A stretch of DNA of 39,212 bases from Polyangiales bacterium (GTDB taxonomy: Bacteria > Myxococcota_A > Polyangia > Polyangiales > Houyiibacteriaceae): assembly GCA_045106895.1 (NCBI GenBank), contig JBGCFM010000136.1, forward strand, positions 1-39,212. Direction: 5' to 3'. Made by a program: the position numbers and the translations under genes. The notes under the pieces are model-generated. The model was not told the DNA's origin and did not search any database. It was given only the letters and a program-made list of their open reading frames with translations. Below, piece by piece: positions 35,765 to 39,212 of this stretch (position 1 is its first letter; each line of letters starts with the position of its first letter).

Positions 35765-36867
35765 ACGCGCGGGTCAAAAAGCTCGGCCTGTCCATGCTGA
35801 GTCTCTTGGTTTTCCTCGGCATCGCCGAAGGCATCTACCGCGTCGCTACGGCCCCGGACCCAAACGCCGCGGACGGCGGGGACGACGGCTGGCGCGAGCG
35901 CTACACGCGCATGAACGAGACCATCTACCAGCCCTCGAGCGACCCGCGCCGCGTCTACGAACCCGTGCCTTCCAGCTCGGTGCCGATGGAATACGGAGAG
36001 GCGGGCTTCAACGCCCAGAGCATGCGCGAAGCGAGCGACGTCGCCATCGAAAGCGGCGACGACGTCCGCATCGCCGTCGTCGGAGACTCGCTGGTGTGGA
36101 CGGAGTTCGTCGCCGTGAATGAAGCGCTGCCGCAGCAAATCGACGCGGCTCTTGGCGACGGATACGAGGCGCTGAACTTCGGCGTCACGGGCTACGACAC
36201 GAGCGACGAGGCGGCGTGGTATGAAAGCCACGTGCGGAACTACGACGCGGACATCGTGGTGGTGGTGTTCTGCATGAACGACCTGATGATCATGAGCGGC
36301 CCCTTTGAGCGATACGCAGACAACGACGCACGCGCACGCAAGGACGCACAAGAAGCGCTCCTTGAACGCGTGGCGCCGGTGCGACGTGAGACCATCGACA
36401 CCGTGGTCCACCACAACGAAAAATACGCGTGGTTCAAACTCTGGGCGCGCTTCGAAGGCATCCTCATTCGCCGCGACTTCGACGCCCACTACGACGATGA
36501 GTACCTCGTGATGCACCGGCAACAAGACGCACGCGCGCGCTTCGAGACCGCCATCGCCCAGCTCGGCCGCGACATTCAGGCCGACGGCGCCACGCCGGTC
36601 TTCGTGGTCTCGCCGGTGCTCGAGTCCTTCGACGACTACCACTGGGACGCCATCCACGCGTACGTGAGCGAACATGCGCAGGCCGCCGGCTTTGCCGTGT
36701 ATGACCCGCTTCCCCACTGGCAGGGCGAGCTCTCCCCAGAGCAGCTGCGCATCTCCGGCGACAACCTCCACTACGGCTCCGAAGGCGCTCGCATCTTCGG
36801 CGAGAACATCGCGACGTTTGTTCGAGAGCTGCCGCAGGGCGGTTCTGGGAACGAGGCGCAACCGTGA
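35761..36867 (+). CDS. SGNH/GDSL hydrolase-family protein, membrane-anchored
   Basis: TTG start overlaps the upstream TGA. TM followed by VGDS, NFGVTGY, MND and DNLHY. Confidence 0.87.
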   Translation: MNARVKKLGLSMLSLLVFLGIAEGIYRVATAPDPNAADGGDDGWRERYTRMNETIYQPSSDPRRVYEPVPSSSVPMEYGEAGFNAQSMREASDVAIESGDDVRIAVVGDSLVWTEFVAVNEALPQQIDAALGDGYEALNFGVTGYDTSDEAAWYESHVRNYDADIVVVVFCMNDLMIMSGPFERYADNDARARKDAQEALLERVAPVRRETIDTVVHHNEKYAWFKLWARFEGILIRRDFDAHYDDEYLVMHRQQDARARFETAIAQLGRDIQADGATPVFVVSPVLESFDDYHWDAIHAYVSEHAQAAGFAVYDPLPHWQGELSPEQLRISGDNLHYGSEGARIFGENIATFVRELPQGGSGNEAQP

Positions 36868-37328
36868 AGGGACGCGAGGAAGCTGCGGCTGTGATCTGGC
36901 CTGCGTTGCAAGACGCCGCCACGGAAACAGACGCGGGTCGTGCGGCCAAGGTCCGGCGCTCCGCTGTGCTTCGCTGGGCGTTTGGCCTCGGCGTCGCGGC
37001 TTTGGCGTTCTTTGTCTTCGCGCGGCCTGTCCTCGCGACGATCATCGCGAGCGTCTCCTCGTTCATCTTCCTGCTGGCCCTGGTGTCGCCCCTCGGCGCC
37101 CACGCGTTTGTCGACGGTCTCTTCGCGCGCCTCGCGAAACTGGTCGGCGCGGTGCTGAGCTACGCACTTCTTGGTCCAGTGTTCTACCTCTTCATCACGC
37201 CCTTTGGTCTCCTCGCCAGGCGCGGAGAGCGCGACACGCTCAAGCGGCGGCTCGACCCCGAGCGCGAATCCTACTGGCAAGAGCGCGACGCCGAAGACGC
37301 GAGCAGCTCGCTGGAGCACCCCTACTAA
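36864..37328 (+). CDS. SxtJ-family membrane protein
   Basis: Small TM protein with C-terminal FYLFITPFGLLAR...D.L.R...SYW.ER...LEHPY, adjacent to a carbamoyltransferase. Confidence 0.82.
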   Translation: MKGREEAAAVIWPALQDAATETDAGRAAKVRRSAVLRWAFGLGVAALAFFVFARPVLATIIASVSSFIFLLALVSPLGAHAFVDGLFARLAKLVGAVLSYALLGPVFYLFITPFGLLARRGERDTLKRRLDPERESYWQERDAEDASSSLEHPY

Positions 37329-37347
37329 TGAGCCGGCGTAGATTCCC

Positions 37348-39212
37348 ATGAAGCAACGCATCGTCGGCATCAGCTCCGGCTACCACGACTCCGCCGCCTG
37401 CCTCATCGAAGAAGGCGCAGATGGCCGGCCTCGCATCGTCGCAGCGGCGCAAGAAGAGCGCTTCACGCGCGTCAAACACGATGCGGCCTTTCCGACGAAT
37501 GCGCTCCGCTACGTCCTCGCGGAAGCCGGCGCGACGACCCTCGACTCCGTCGCCTACTACGACAAGCCGATCCTCAAGTTTCACCGCATCTTGGAGACGA
37601 GCCTCGGCACGGCGCCGCGCGGTCTGAGGCGCTTTGCGCAGGCCATTCCCGTATGGCTTCGAGACAAGCTCTGGATCGAACCCGAGGTCATCACGCAGCT
37701 CAAAGACGTCGGCGTGACAAACGCTGATGAGCTCAACGTCGCCTTCCCCGAACACCACCGCTCCCACGCGGCGAGCGCGTTCTTTCCTTCGCCCTTTGAG
37801 AGCGCCGCGGTGCTCACCATCGACGGCGTCGGCGAATGGGCCACGGCCACGCTGGCGCATGGACAAGGCAGCAAGCTTGAGATGCTGCAGGAGATGCGCT
37901 TCCCCCACAGCCTGGGCTTGCTCTACTCAGCGATGACGTACTTCTGCGGCTTCCGCGTCAACAGCGGCGAGTACAAGCTCATGGGTCTCGCGCCCTACGG
38001 CGAAGGTCGATACACGCAGAAGATCTTCGAGCATCTGTTGGACCTCAAGGACGACGGCTCGTTCCGACTCGACCTGGACTACTTCGCCTTCCTCGACGAC
38101 AACGTGATGACGAATGAACGCTTTGCGACGCTCTTCGGCGGACCCGCGAGAGCGCCCGAGTCGCCGCTCACCACCCGCGAGATGGACCTGGCGCGTTCCG
38201 TCCAAGAGGTGACGGAGCAGATCGTCCTGCGCATGGCAAAACACGCGCGCAAAGTCACCGGCGAAAAACACCTCTGCCTTGCCGGCGGCGTGGCGCTCAA
38301 CTGCGTCGCTAATGGTCACCTGCTTCGGAGCGGCATCTTCGACGAGGTGTTCATTCAGCCCGCCGCCGGCGACGCAGGCGGCGCGCTCGGTTCGGCGCTG
38401 TCTGTGTTTCACGCGAAGCGTTCACCATCGAGCGAGACGCCCCAGAAACGCGCGACGGACGACATGGCCGGGGCGTATCTCGGCCCGGAGTTTTCACCCG
38501 CGCAAATCCGCCAGTGGCTCGATGCCAAGGGGTATCCGTACACCTACTTGGAAGACGACGAGGCCTGGGCCAGCGAAGTCGCCGAGCGGCTCGCAAACGA
38601 AGAGGTCGTGGGTCTTTTTCAAGGGCGCATGGAGTTCGGTCCCCGGGCGCTGGGCAACCGCTCCATCATCGGCGACCCGCGCTCGGCGAAGATGCAGTCG
38701 GTGATGAACTTAAAGATCAAGCAGCGCGAGAGCTTTCGGCCTTTCGCGCCGGCGGTGCTCGAGGAAGACGCGCATGAGTTCTTCGAGCTAGACCGACCGA
38801 GCCCCTACATGCTCCTCGTGGCCCCAGTGTGCGAAGCGCGCCGAATCCCCGAGCCCGACGGCGCGCGAGACCTGGACCTCAAAGAGCGCGTCAATCACCC
38901 GCGCTCCGATGTGCCCGCCATCACCCACGTGGACCACTCGGCGCGCGTTCAGACCGTGTCCACCAAGACGAACCCGCGCTTTCATCGCCTGCTCAGCGCC
39001 TTCAAAGAGCGCTCGGGCATAGGCATGCTCATCAACACGAGCTTCAACGTCCGCGGCGAGCCCATCGTGTGCACGCCGGAAGACGCCTACCGCTGCTTCA
39101 TGGGCACCGAGATGGACATTCTCACGCTCGGCCCCTTCGTGCTCCAGGCTAGCGCCCAGCCCGGTTTCGCCGAGCGAAGCGAACGCTTCGGGCGCACCTT
39201 CGATCTCGACTA
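37348..39212 (+). CDS. O-carbamoyltransferase, NodU/CmcH/SxtI family (~621 aa; stop cut by the window edge)
   Basis: Absent from the ORF track. Motifs YHDSAA, EERFTRVKHD, HHRSHAASAF, DGVGEW, EYKLMGLAPYG, GGVALNC, GPRALGNRS, RESFRPFAP and NTSFNVRGEPIVCTP. Ends ...FDLD followed by an in-frame TA at 39211. Confidence 0.95.
   Translation, partial: MKQRIVGISSGYHDSAACLIEEGADGRPRIVAAAQEERFTRVKHDAAFPTNALRYVLAEAGATTLDSVAYYDKPILKFHRILETSLGTAPRGLRRFAQAIPVWLRDKLWIEPEVITQLKDVGVTNADELNVAFPEHHRSHAASAFFPSPFESAAVLTIDGVGEWATATLAHGQGSKLEMLQEMRFPHSLGLLYSAMTYFCGFRVNSGEYKLMGLAPYGEGRYTQKIFEHLLDLKDDGSFRLDLDYFAFLDDNVMTNERFATLFGGPARAPESPLTTREMDLARSVQEVTEQIVLRMAKHARKVTGEKHLCLAGGVALNCVANGHLLRSGIFDEVFIQPAAGDAGGALGSALSVFHAKRSPSSETPQKRATDDMAGAYLGPEFSPAQIRQWLDAKGYPYTYLEDDEAWASEVAERLANEEVVGLFQGRMEFGPRALGNRSIIGDPRSAKMQSVMNLKIKQRESFRPFAPAVLEEDAHEFFELDRPSPYMLLVAPVCEARRIPEPDGARDLDLKERVNHPRSDVPAITHVDHSARVQTVSTKTNPRFHRLLSAFKERSGIGMLINTSFNVRGEPIVCTPEDAYRCFMGTEMDILTLGPFVLQASAQPGFAERSERFGRTFDLD

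Noticed and set aside
36864..39212. Saxitoxin biosynthesis cluster
   Set aside because: No sxtA, sxtG or other core genes occur in the window, and SxtJ/NodU homologs are widespread in non-producers.

Overview
This is a GC-rich, gene-dense bacterial window. The many Cys-rich lipoproteins with Asp-Ala-Gly linkers and a DUF1552/DUF1592-type pair point to Myxococcota (Polyangiales/Sandaracinaceae-like); this assignment is an inference. From left to right it holds: a hybrid Prx5-Grx peroxiredoxin plus oxyR with an OxyR box; two tandem Cys-rich lipoprotein paralogs; a fused 2-oxoacid dehydrogenase E1 alpha/beta; a GT2, NAD-epimerase and GT-C (ArnT/PMT-like) glycosylation set; a large MscS channel; a phospholipase D lipoprotein; a Sel1-like lipoprotein; two tandem secreted 'HEWG' paralogs; an operon of DUF1592/PSCyt cytochrome, Tat-exported DUF1552 and RoxA-like di-heme cytochrome c; a bifunctional aldolase/SDR; and an EEP nuclease lipoprotein. 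A plastic region at about 29.3-34.85 kb contains pseudogenes and a ~220-bp imperfect direct repeat enclosing an orphan small ORF. The window ends with an SGNH-SGNH-SxtJ-carbamoyltransferase module, whose last gene is missing from the ORF track because its stop codon runs off the edge. The strongest unannotated signal is window-wide: at least 14 genes have a TAnnnT -10 box only 5-8 nt upstream of the start codon, suggesting pervasive leaderless transcription. I found no rRNA, tRNA, CRISPR array, transposase or integrase.
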